Notes under the pieces: generated by a model
What the model was told of the DNA's origin: nothing
What the model saw: only the letters and a program-made list of their open reading frames with translations
The model's database searches: none
Part shown: positions 49,524-57,495 of the stretch, in pieces
Layout: each line of letters starts with the position of its first letter
How positions within the stretch are numbered: position 1 is the first letter of the stretch
Translations under genes and position numbers: made by a program
Assembly: GCA_024276745.1 (NCBI GenBank)
Contig: JAJRWN010000120.1
Location: 1-57,495 of the forward strand
DNA from: Bacteroidota bacterium
GTDB taxonomy: Bacteria; Bacteroidota; Bacteroidia; Chitinophagales; S012-47
Length of the DNA: 57,495 nt
Direction: 5' to 3'

Positions 49524-50357
49524 TTATCCGAAACGTCCTGTAACGTAATTTTGTGTACGTTCTTCTTCCGGGTTGGTAAATAATTTTTCCGTATCGCTAA
49601 ATTCAATAAGATCACCGATATAGAAAAAGGCCGTTTGTTGACTAATGCGGGCTGCTTGTTGCATATTATGCGTTACAATAACAATAGTGTAGCGGTCTTT
49701 CAGTTCGTTGAGCAATACTTCAATTCGTGCTGTAGAGATTGGGTCCAAAGCCGAAGTAGGTTCATCCATCAAAATAACCTTAGGTTCAACGGCAAGACAG
49801 CGTGCAATGCAAACCCTCTGCTGCTGACCTCCGGACAGAGCCAGTGCCGAGCGTTTGAGAATATCTTTCACATCGTTCCATAAATCAGCCTGTTTCAATG
49901 CCTGTTCAACCTTTTCCTCAAGAACAGATTTGTTATTTATACCCTGAATCCTCAATCCATAGGCTACATTTTCAAAAATAGATTTTGGAAAAGGATTAGG
50001 TTTTTGAAAAACCATACCTACATCCTTGCGAAGTTGCACTACATCAACAGCTTTACTATAAATATTTTTTCCGTTTAGCTTCACCGTACCCGATACCCTG
50101 AAATCACTGATAAAATCATTCATTCGGTTAAATAATCTCAGAAAAGTGGATTTGCCACAACCTGAAGGGCCAATCAGTGAAGTAATCTGATTTTCTTTTA
50201 TACTCATACTGATGTTATGGAGAGCCGCAAAATCTCCATACCATGCGGTAACATCGTAAACCGATAAAGCAATTTTTTGCTGTGGTTTTTGTGTTTCCAA
50301 AGAATCCGGTATTCGTTTCATTAAATTTATTTCCATAGCAAAAGTACTGCTTACCAT
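49524..50357 (-). CDS. pstB: Phosphate ABC transporter ATP-binding protein PstB
   Basis: 277 aa with [28 protein letters not shown] and TGRFG at the C-terminus. Confidence 0.95.
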   Translation of the reverse strand: MVSSTFAMEINLMKRIPDSLETQKPQQKIALSVYDVTAWYGDFAALHNISMSIKENQITSLIGPSGCGKSTFLRLFNRMNDFISDFRVSGTVKLNGKNIYSKAVDVVQLRKDVGMVFQKPNPFPKSIFENVAYGLRIQGINNKSVLEEKVEQALKQADLWNDVKDILKRSALALSGGQQQRVCIARCLAVEPKVILMDEPTSALDPISTARIEVLLNELKDRYTIVIVTHNMQQAARISQQTAFFYIGDLIEFSDTEKLFTNPEEERTQNYVTGRFG

Positions 50358-51211
50358 TTATATTTTTTTTGCCATTTGTTGCGAAGCCAAATAGCTATTC
50401 CATTCATCATAAAAGTAATGAGTAGCAATACGATGATTGCTGCAGCGGCATTAACCAAAAATTCTTTTTGAGGTCTTCCTGTCCAGTTATAAATCTGCAT
50501 CGGTAATACGGTAAAACTATCCATAGGGGATTTGGGAGCAAACGGAACATAGGCCAGTGCTCCAACCACAATCAGGGGTGCTGTTTCGCCAATAGCCCGG
50601 CTGATAGCCAGAATCACACCGGTCATGATTCCCCCTATTGAAGAAGGCAATACCAAGGTTTTTATTACCTGCCATTTTGTGGCTCCCAAACCATAAGCAG
50701 CTTCCCGGATTGATTCAGGAATCATTCTGATGGTTTCGCGGGTAGTTACAATAATGATGGGCAGAATCAATAATGCCAGGGTTAATGCACCTGCCAAAAC
50801 GCTGCTGTGAAGCCCCATCATCCGTACAAAAATTTCGAGCCCTAACAAGCCGTAAATAATGGATGGTACACCGGCAAGATTGGTAATATTGATTTCGAGT
50901 AATGCGGCAAATTTGCTTTTCTTTCCATATTCTTCCAGATAAATACCCGCACCCACTCCCCAGGGAAAAGCAATTATAGCCGTTAAAAACAAGATCCAGA
51001 TAGTCCCCATAATGGCAGTATAAATACCTGCCTTTTCAGGATGTCGCGATGGAAGTGAAACCATAAAACTCCAGTCAATTCTTGATAATCCTTTATGGAG
51101 AATATCACCGATAAAAATAGCAAGAAGAGCCAATGCCGAAAAAGTGCAGAATATAGCCCAATACTTAAAAATACGGTCTTTTACTTTATTGCTAATCATC
51201 AGAGAATTCAA
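50351..51211 (-). CDS. pstA: Phosphate ABC transporter permease PstA
   Basis: 286 aa with 6 TM helices and the EAA-loop [13 protein letters not shown]. It overlaps both pstB and pstC. Confidence 0.9.
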   Translation of the reverse strand: MNSLMISNKVKDRIFKYWAIFCTFSALALLAIFIGDILHKGLSRIDWSFMVSLPSRHPEKAGIYTAIMGTIWILFLTAIIAFPWGVGAGIYLEEYGKKSKFAALLEINITNLAGVPSIIYGLLGLEIFVRMMGLHSSVLAGALTLALLILPIIIVTTRETIRMIPESIREAAYGLGATKWQVIKTLVLPSSIGGIMTGVILAISRAIGETAPLIVVGALAYVPFAPKSPMDSFTVLPMQIYNWTGRPQKEFLVNAAAAIIVLLLITFMMNGIAIWLRNKWQKKYKW

Positions 51212-52104
51212 ATTTTTACCATAAACCTTTTCTTAATCCACCAACTTAAATTGTTGAGCAGAAAAGTAAAAACAAATAAAGCGATACCGGCAGCAAAAAT
51301 CGTTTGATATTCTATCGAACCGTAAGGTACATCGCCCGAACTAACCTGAACAATATAGGCTGTTATAGTTTCCACCGGTACCAATGGATTAAGTGTCATT
51401 CGGGGTTGCATACCGGCAGCAATAGTTACAATCATGGTTTCGCCAAGGGCTCTTGATATGGCCAGAATGACAGAAGCAATAATGGCTGACGATGCCGTGG
51501 GCACAGTTACTTTAAAAGCAGTCTGAAAACGGGTTGACCCCATTCCGTAAGCAGCTTCTCTCAATGAGTTGCTTACCGATGACAATGCATCTTCGCTTAA
51601 CGATGAAATAAAAGGAATAATCATGATGCCCATCACAATGCCGGCTGATAATGCATTAAATCCTGACATTCCCGGAAATATTTTTTGTAAAAAAGGAGTG
51701 ATTACCGTCAAAGCAAAAAAACCATATACAACGGTAGGCACGGCAGCCAGTAGTTCCAATAATGGTTTTATCCTTTTTTTAAATCCTGACGGAGCATATT
51801 CGCTTAAGTAAACGGCAATGGACAAACCAAGCGGCAAGGCAATCATAATAGCTACTCCGGTAATGAGCATGGTACCCATAAACAAAGGCAATATGCCAAA
51901 ATGTTTATTGGTAAACAGTGGCGACCATTTGGTATCGGTAAGAAATTGACTCATTGGAACTTTATCGAAAAAAGAAATGGCCTCTACCAGTAAAATAACA
52001 ATAATGCTAAAGGTGGTAAGTACCGTAAGTAAGGCACAAAGACCAAGCAATTGTCTAATAAAAAATTCTTTCTTCACTATGTTAAAAATAAAAATAAGGG
52101 CCAA
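51208..52104 (-). CDS. pstC: Phosphate ABC transporter permease PstC
   Basis: 298 aa with 6 TM helices and the EAA-loop REAAYGMGSTRFQ. Confidence 0.9.
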   Translation of the reverse strand: MALIFIFNIVKKEFFIRQLLGLCALLTVLTTFSIIVILLVEAISFFDKVPMSQFLTDTKWSPLFTNKHFGILPLFMGTMLITGVAIMIALPLGLSIAVYLSEYAPSGFKKRIKPLLELLAAVPTVVYGFFALTVITPFLQKIFPGMSGFNALSAGIVMGIMIIPFISSLSEDALSSVSNSLREAAYGMGSTRFQTAFKVTVPTASSAIIASVILAISRALGETMIVTIAAGMQPRMTLNPLVPVETITAYIVQVSSGDVPYGSIEYQTIFAAGIALFVFTFLLNNLSWWIKKRFMVKI

Positions 52105-52132
52105 ACAGAAAGTATTGTTTTCTGATGGCCCT
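52083..52132 (-). terminator. Intercistronic hairpin plus U-tract between pstS and pstC (candidate partial terminator / mRNA stabiliser)
   Basis: The minus strand reads AGGGCCA-UC-AGAAA..UUUCUG-UU-UGGCCCU (7 + 6 bp with a small internal loop) followed by UAUUUUUAUUUUUA. It lies entirely in the 46-nt pstS-pstC gap and the first codons of pstC. Confidence 0.5.
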
Positions 52133-52150
52133 TCAATTTTTTAATATCAT

Positions 52151-53092
52151 TTATTGAGCATTTAATTGCTCTATTTGCTGTTTGTACATTTCGGCAGGTA
52201 ATTTTATATAACCTACATCTTCAGCTAACTCAGCAGCATTATTGAGATAAAAGTTTACAAAAGCTTTTACTTCCGGTCTTTTCATCGATTCGTTTTTTAC
52301 ATACATATACAAAGAACGGCCTAAAGGTGTATAAGTACCTTGCGATACCGTTTCTTTGCTGGGCAATACCGGACCATTTCCATTATCAACAGCCACAATT
52401 TTTAAAGCATCGGCATTTGACTCTACAAATGCAAGCCCTACATAACCAAGGGCGTATTTGTCGGTCGATACTCCCTGAACCATAACATTATAATCGGCAC
52501 AAGCGGTATAATCGCTTCGGCTTGATCCGCTTTCACCCATAATTTCTTCGGTGAAATAGTCATAGGTTCCGTGGGCGGTACTTGGCCCGAATAAATGAAT
52601 TTCGGCATCGGGCCATTCCGGATTGAGTTGATTCCAACGGGTAATCACATCTTCAGCTTCGGGTTCCCATAATTTTTTCAAATCGGCTACAGTAATTGTG
52701 CTTAACCAATCATTGTCTTTATTGACAAAAACAGCAAGTCCATCATAAGCTACGGTGATTTCGGTAAAATCAATACCTGCTTCTTTACATGCGGCTACTT
52801 CCGATTCTTTAATAGCTCTCGATGCATCTGAAATATCGGTTTCTCCACGGGCAAATTTTTTAAAACCAGCTCCACTTCCCGATGAACCAATGGTTACTTT
52901 AACATCGGGGGCTTCTGCACGGAATTCTTCAGCTACAGCTTCGCTTATCGGATATACTGTAGAACTGCCATCAATCATGATGGTACCGCTTAAGGCTTCT
53001 TCACCTCCATTGCTGTCATTCGATTCATTGCTGCCACAGGAAGCAATACTGGTTGCTATTGCTATAGCAAATAAGATTTTTAATGTTTTCAT
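52151..53092 (-). CDS. pstS: Phosphate-binding lipoprotein PstS
   Basis: 313 aa with lipobox IASC, then IDGSSTVYP, GSSGSGAGF and ISDASR. Confidence 0.9.
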   Translation of the reverse strand: MKTLKILFAIAIATSIASCGSNESNDSNGGEEALSGTIMIDGSSTVYPISEAVAEEFRAEAPDVKVTIGSSGSGAGFKKFARGETDISDASRAIKESEVAACKEAGIDFTEITVAYDGLAVFVNKDNDWLSTITVADLKKLWEPEAEDVITRWNQLNPEWPDAEIHLFGPSTAHGTYDYFTEEIMGESGSSRSDYTACADYNVMVQGVSTDKYALGYVGLAFVESNADALKIVAVDNGNGPVLPSKETVSQGTYTPLGRSLYMYVKNESMKRPEVKAFVNFYLNNAAELAEDVGYIKLPAEMYKQQIEQLNAQ

Positions 53093-53119
53093 TCTGTTTT
53101 GATTTGTATTTAGTAATTA

Positions 53120-54181
53120 TTAAAGCTTGTATTCAAAGTTGATATAAACGCCTGATTTATCGGTTAATGAAGCTTTTGTGTAATTCCACATTCTGTAATT
53201 CAAAGCCATGCTAACCCCTTTTACCGGTTGATATTGAACTCCGGCCATTATCAGGTTTCCATCATTTTTTATATTCCACGATTCAGTTTGCCCGGTAATT
53301 GTATTGGATTGCAGTATATCGAAGCGGCCAAACAATTCCCAGGTGCTATTCAAATTATAGCTTCCAAAAAAGGAAAATCCGGTCATGTTTTCTTGCGGCA
53401 TATTGGCATGCTTGTTTTGTAAATCGTATTCAATACCGATACTATAAGCTCCTTTTTTGCGGTATCCGGCAAAGGTACTTAATGATTGTTGAGTTAGCAA
53501 TGCAATGGTTTTGCTGGTATCGGCCGGATCTACAATGCTGGCACCACTGCCCATCTGATCGGCATATATTTTTATCCATAAACCTTTTACAGGCTCAAGC
53601 TCCAAATCGGCCGAATATCTTAATTTACCAAAATTGTCTTGTATCTTTTTATAACCTTCGCCATTCGAAACGGTAAGGTTAAGATGTGCTTTTTCATGCA
53701 GTTTTATATCGGCATTAAGCCCCAAATCAGCACTATGGCTCATGCCGTGTTCATCTTGAAATGATTTGTAAACATAGCGGTGACCCCACCAACTTTCCTG
53801 GGTTTTATGTTGCCATATCTCAATCATTCCCACCGAGAAAGCAAGCCATTGAGTAGATTGCCAATTCAAATAGGCATATTTGATGTATGCTGCGTAGGCT
53901 GAACTGCTTTTATTATCTCCAACATCAATATTCAATCTTGCCGAAAAGTCGGGACTGAATTGATACTTGTAGCCAAAATACACCCTTTTCAACTCAAATG
54001 CAGAACGTTTGCTTGCGCCCGGTGTCATCTCGTAATGATAATTTGTGTACACCTTGAATAAAGGCGTTCCTGATGGGCTGAATGCTTCTGTTTGTGCGGA
54101 AAGATTTTGTATGCTAAACAAGAAAATAATTGAAAAAATAAATAAAAATAGCTTTGTGTTTGATTTTTTGTATTCAAGCAT
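53120..54181 (-). CDS. Outer-membrane porin (phosphate-selective porin O/P-like), first gene of the pst operon
   Basis: 353 aa with a signal peptide and alternating beta-strand pattern. It lies 27 nt upstream of pstS on the same strand. Confidence 0.55.
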   Translation of the reverse strand: MLEYKKSNTKLFLFIFSIIFLFSIQNLSAQTEAFSPSGTPLFKVYTNYHYEMTPGASKRSAFELKRVYFGYKYQFSPDFSARLNIDVGDNKSSSAYAAYIKYAYLNWQSTQWLAFSVGMIEIWQHKTQESWWGHRYVYKSFQDEHGMSHSADLGLNADIKLHEKAHLNLTVSNGEGYKKIQDNFGKLRYSADLELEPVKGLWIKIYADQMGSGASIVDPADTSKTIALLTQQSLSTFAGYRKKGAYSIGIEYDLQNKHANMPQENMTGFSFFGSYNLNSTWELFGRFDILQSNTITGQTESWNIKNDGNLIMAGVQYQPVKGVSMALNYRMWNYTKASLTDKSGVYINFEYKL

Positions 54182-54269
54182 GATGTAGGTTTTAGAAAAA
54201 TGAGTAATAATTTTCTAAAGCTACTACATAGCTGGCTTTACTTTGCTGGTACAAAATGAACAATCAGAT

Positions 54270-54308
54270 GTTAATTGTGCTTAGCTGCAAGGTTAATTTT
54301 AGGTTAAT
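54270..54308 (-). promoter_or_regulatory. Candidate Pho-box: GTTAAT hexamers in 11-bp phase upstream of the porin-pst operon
   Basis: GTTAAT occurs at 54270, 54292 and 54303 (spacings 22 and 11 nt). The last two lie in near-identical 11-mers GGTTAATTTTA / GGTTAATAATT. The array sits just upstream of a near-consensus -7 box (TCATTTTG, 54252..54259 on the minus strand). Confidence 0.35.
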
Positions 54309-54349
54309 AATTTTGAGCAGAACCTTGTTTTAGCTTTGCTTGGCCGCTG

Positions 54350-54383
54350 TATAAAATAAATAAAACCGGATGTAGCCGGCTTT
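54350..54383 (-). terminator. Intrinsic terminator after the PUR-like gene
   Basis: The minus strand reads AAAGCCGG-cuacau-CCGGUUUU (8 bp including one G-U) followed by AUUUAUUUUAU, 27 nt after the stop. Confidence 0.5.
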
Positions 54384-54409
54384 ATTTATCTCTGATTATC
54401 AGGTTTTAA

Positions 54410-54880
54410 TTAGTCAAATTTTAGAGGTTCATCTTCTTCAGCTTTCCTGTGTTCTCCACCTAACTCAATATTTTCCTCCACATTTGGCTCTGTACTTTCG
54501 TTTTTCACTTCTTCCTTAATTTCCTCATTTTCGTTGTTTTTATGCTTATCAACGGGTTTTTGATTTTCTTTGAATGCATAAGGATTTTCATGTTCTCCTT
54601 CGTGAGAAAATTCATCAAAATCGTATTCAGGAAGCAAATCGGTTTTTACTTTATCAACCGTTTCATTCAATGCATCCATAAATTTATTAAAATCTTCTTT
54701 GTAGAGAAATATTTTATGGCGTTCGTAACCATCCTGATCGTGCATTTTTTTACTTTCTGTTATGGTCAGGTAGTAATCGTTTGACCGGGTAGTTCTTACA
54801 TCAAAAAAATAGGTCCTTCTTCTGCCGGCTCTTACACGTTTTGAAAAAACCGGTTCCATTTTTTGTCTATCTTGCTCCAC
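54410..54880 (-). CDS. PUR-alpha-like DNA/RNA-binding protein (DUF3276) with an acidic C-terminal tail
   Basis: 156 aa with FSKRVRAGRRRTYFFDVRTTRSNDYYLTITESKK, then KIFLYKEDFNKF, then an E/N/K-rich tail. Confidence 0.7.
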   Translation of the reverse strand: MEQDRQKMEPVFSKRVRAGRRRTYFFDVRTTRSNDYYLTITESKKMHDQDGYERHKIFLYKEDFNKFMDALNETVDKVKTDLLPEYDFDEFSHEGEHENPYAFKENQKPVDKHKNNENEEIKEEVKNESTEPNVEENIELGGEHRKAEEDEPLKFD

Positions 54881-54950
54881 GCTTATATAAAATTTAAATG
54901 AAAATAGCTAATATCAGATCGATTAGTGTAAAATTAAAAAAATAAAATTC

Positions 54951-56759
54951 TCAGATAAGTTTTTCTTCAATTTTTTGTTTTTCATAGAGTTTATAATAGT
55001 AGCTTTTTTGTTTCATCAGGCTTTCATGAGTTCCTTGTTCTACCAGGCAACCCTGATCCAGCACGAGGATTTGATCAAAGGTAGTGGGAGATGCTATTCT
55101 GTGGGTAATAATGATAGCTGTTTTATCTGATAATACTTCTTTCAGATAATGAAGTATTCGTTCTTCGGTAAGTGTATCCAATGCCGACAGGCAATCGTCC
55201 AGAATTAATATTTGCCGGTTTTGAATAAATGCCCTGGCTATGGAAATTCGCTGTTTTTGCCCGCCCGAAAGGGTAACACCCCGCTCGCCTAAACGGGTTT
55301 GGTATGCTTCGGGTAATTGCATGATTTCTTCATCAACAGCGGCTTGTATGGCTGCTGTTTTGATGCTATCTGCATCTGATTGCCGGGTACCGAAATCAAT
55401 ATTGTGGGCAATGGTATCGGAAAATAAAAATACATCTTGCGGTACATAAGCAATATGTGCCCTTAATCCCGATAATTGATAATCACTCAACGGTTGATGG
55501 TCGAGCAAAATACAGCCCTCATCGGGATCATACATTCTCAAAATTAAATCGGCCAGTGTAGATTTACCACTTCCTGTCTTTCCTACTATAGCCACTTTTT
55601 GCCCTTTCGATATTTTGAAAGAAATATTTTTTATAGCTTTTACCCCTGTTTCAGGATAGGTAAACGACAAATTTTTTAGTTCAATATGGCCCAAAACTTT
55701 GTCTTTATGCAGGTGGCCATCTGTCAATGCCGATTTTGTTTGCAAAAATTCATTGATTCTTTTCTGTGATGCTGCAGCACGCTGTACCAGTGATGCTATC
55801 CAACCTAATGAGGTGACCGGCCAGGTAAGCATACTCACATACATAATAAATTCTACAATATTCCCCGTACTGATTTTGCCTTGCATCACCTGAATGCCTC
55901 CAATGTATATAGTAAGCAAGGTGCTGAACCCAATCATCAACAAGATAATGGGAAAAAACAAAGCTTCTACCCTTTTTAAATCAAGCGAACGCGACTTGTA
56001 TATATCACTCTCTGAATCAAAGAGATTTCCAAAGCGTTTTTCAGCTGCATAACTTTTTACTACTCTTATTCCGCTGAATACTTCCTGAGCCATAGTGGTT
56101 AAACGCGATAATTGTCTTTGTATCCGTTCGCTTTTCCGGTTTATGATATTCATTACATAAAAAATGGAAATTGCCAATATGGGTAAAGGCGTCAATACAT
56201 AAAAGGTGAGTTCTGCATTTACATTAATCATTACGGCAATAACCATGATAAACAATACCAGTGTATTGATAGTGTACATAATGCCCGGACCGAGATACAT
56301 TCTTACTCTCGAAACATCTTCAGAAACGCGCGACATTAAATCACCGGTATTATGAGATTTATAAAACGACTGATCGAGCGATTGATAATGAGCATACATT
56401 TCGTTGCGCAGGTCGTATTCGATGAATCGCGACATTACGATAATGGTTTGCCGCATAAAAAACATAAACAAGCCTTTGCATATAGCCAATATGATGACTA
56501 AAGCAGAAAAATATAGTATACTTTTTACAAATAAAGTATAAAAAACATGCTGACCGGAAAGCCCTGAAAAAGATTGATACAGATTAATATTGTCTTTAAT
56601 CAGATTAAAAGCATGACGGACAACCATTGGAGGTATTACACCAAAAATATTGGCTACCGATACAAAGAAAATGCCGGCCAGAAGACGCCATTTATACTTC
56701 CAAAGATACTTGTTCAGATATTTTAAATCTTTCAATAGGGCAAAAACTTTTCGATGCAA
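54951..56759 (-). CDS. ABC exporter, fused permease/ATPase (MsbA-like)
   Basis: 602 aa with 6 TM helices, then GKTGSGKST, LSGGQKQR, ILILDD and a H-loop ITHR. The start codon is TTG. Confidence 0.88.
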   Translation of the reverse strand: MHRKVFALLKDLKYLNKYLWKYKWRLLAGIFFVSVANIFGVIPPMVVRHAFNLIKDNINLYQSFSGLSGQHVFYTLFVKSILYFSALVIILAICKGLFMFFMRQTIIVMSRFIEYDLRNEMYAHYQSLDQSFYKSHNTGDLMSRVSEDVSRVRMYLGPGIMYTINTLVLFIMVIAVMINVNAELTFYVLTPLPILAISIFYVMNIINRKSERIQRQLSRLTTMAQEVFSGIRVVKSYAAEKRFGNLFDSESDIYKSRSLDLKRVEALFFPIILLMIGFSTLLTIYIGGIQVMQGKISTGNIVEFIMYVSMLTWPVTSLGWIASLVQRAAASQKRINEFLQTKSALTDGHLHKDKVLGHIELKNLSFTYPETGVKAIKNISFKISKGQKVAIVGKTGSGKSTLADLILRMYDPDEGCILLDHQPLSDYQLSGLRAHIAYVPQDVFLFSDTIAHNIDFGTRQSDADSIKTAAIQAAVDEEIMQLPEAYQTRLGERGVTLSGGQKQRISIARAFIQNRQILILDDCLSALDTLTEERILHYLKEVLSDKTAIIITHRIASPTTFDQILVLDQGCLVEQGTHESLMKQKSYYYKLYEKQKIEEKLI

Positions 56760-56859
56760 GTATAAACAAAATTAAGCGTCATTCATTTCATTAAAATCAA
56801 AGAATATTAAACAGTCCTTCATTCCTGATTTTTTAAATGCTTTTTTTATCATAAAGCTG

Positions 56860-56867
56860 TACATTTG
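56860..56867 (+). promoter_or_regulatory. Bacteroidota-type -7 box (TACATTTG) upstream of nusB
   Basis: Matches TAnnTTTG, but lies 145 nt upstream of the nusB ATG, so the link is tentative. Confidence 0.3.
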
Positions 56868-57011
56868 CCACGAATTAACACAGAAATTGATTAGATACCT
56901 TGCATATATGAAGCCCTTGACATACGCATCTAAAGCATGCCCGTATTGAGAATTGATAGAAAAATGGTAAACCGGTGAAACGGAGTTTTTGAATTATAAT
57001 GTTTTTTTGAA

Positions 57012-57495
57012 ATGCTGAGTCGCAGAAGCGCACGTGTAAAAGTTATGCAGATTATTTATGCTTATAAAAGCGGTAATCTAAAAAATAATGATTTACTGAA
57101 TACTGAACTTAAACGCAGCATGTTGCAACCCATGACCATGTTGCTTTATCTTTTGATATTATTTCGTGAGATAGCGGTCTATTCAAAGATTGACACTTCT
57201 ATCAAGGAATCTAAATATCTGCCTAACGATTTTGATAAACTACCGTCAACTGTCATTCTGAATAATCCGGCCGTGAATGCTTTAGTCAATAGTGCTGATT
57301 TTGAGAAGCTTATACAAAACGAAAAATTACTGGCCTATTTGGATCAGGACATTGTCCGGCATTTGTTTAATCAATTATCAGCTTCAGAATTATTTTTCAA
57401 CTATAAGAAAAAAACAAAACGAAACCACTCAGACGAACAAGCATTAAATACGTTTATTGAGGAGCAAATATTCAGGATATCCGAAGATCTCGATA
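57012..57495 (+). CDS. nusB: Transcription antitermination factor NusB (Bacteroidota long form), 3'-truncated by the window edge
   Basis: Hand translation from the ATG at 57012 is open to the window end (161 codons). MLSRRSARVKVMQIIYAYKSG matches the conserved NusB N-terminus. The gene is not in the ORF track because it has no stop. Confidence 0.7.
   Translation, partial: MLSRRSARVKVMQIIYAYKSGNLKNNDLLNTELKRSMLQPMTMLLYLLILFREIAVYSKIDTSIKESKYLPNDFDKLPSTVILNNPAVNALVNSADFEKLIQNEKLLAYLDQDIVRHLFNQLSASELFFNYKKKTKRNHSDEQALNTFIEEQIFRISEDLD

Noticed and set aside
54192-54218. 8-bp inverted repeat ttagaaaa/ttttctaa 11 nt upstream of the porin start
   Set aside because: The stem is almost entirely A-U with an 11-nt loop. 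It is too weak to call a regulatory structure without conservation data.

Overview
This is a tightly packed core-chromosome segment of a Bacteroidota-type genome. Supporting signs are recurrent TAnnTTTG -7 promoter boxes 15-70 nt upstream of starts, no Shine-Dalgarno sequences, a CarboxypepD_reg-type TonB receptor paired with a DUF4249 lipoprotein, ribosomal protein bTHX and a PUR/DUF3276 protein. About 50 genes are present. They include: a ClC channel; gyrA; exbB-exbD-tonB-like-folC; a DnaQ-exonuclease/GIY-YIG fusion; an L,D-transpeptidase; tRNA-Ser(UGA); a DEAD-box helicase; two TonB-dependent receptors; two crotonase-fold genes; a ferredoxin; a LuxC-like reductase; a cysteine desulfurase; glmM; msrB; a cytochrome c plus haem-copper-oxidase-like pair; fbp; aspartate kinase; an aldehyde dehydrogenase; smc; a porin-pstSCAB-phoU operon; an MsbA-like ABC exporter; and nusB. 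Two real genes run off the window edges and are missing from the ORF track: a CPBP protease at 1..673 (-) and nusB at 57012..57495 (+). I saw no transposase, integrase, CRISPR array, long repeat or recognisable defence or toxin system, so this is an ordinary region rather than an accessory island. The items most worth a second look are: (1) a two-gene cytochrome c / HCO subunit-I-like pair whose hand-aligned metal ligands are non-canonical; (2) an adjacent Dch-like/Oah(BamA)-like crotonase pair typical of the anaerobic benzoyl-CoA pathway, with no other pathway genes nearby; (3) an orphan 602-aa protein with a possible TIM-barrel flavoenzyme-like core and a Cys cluster; (4) an unannotated cobalamin riboswitch in front of a BtuB-like receptor; (5) 11-bp-phased GTTAAT repeats, a candidate Pho box, upstream of the porin-pst operon. 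All functional calls come from reading motifs by eye. No database search was run.
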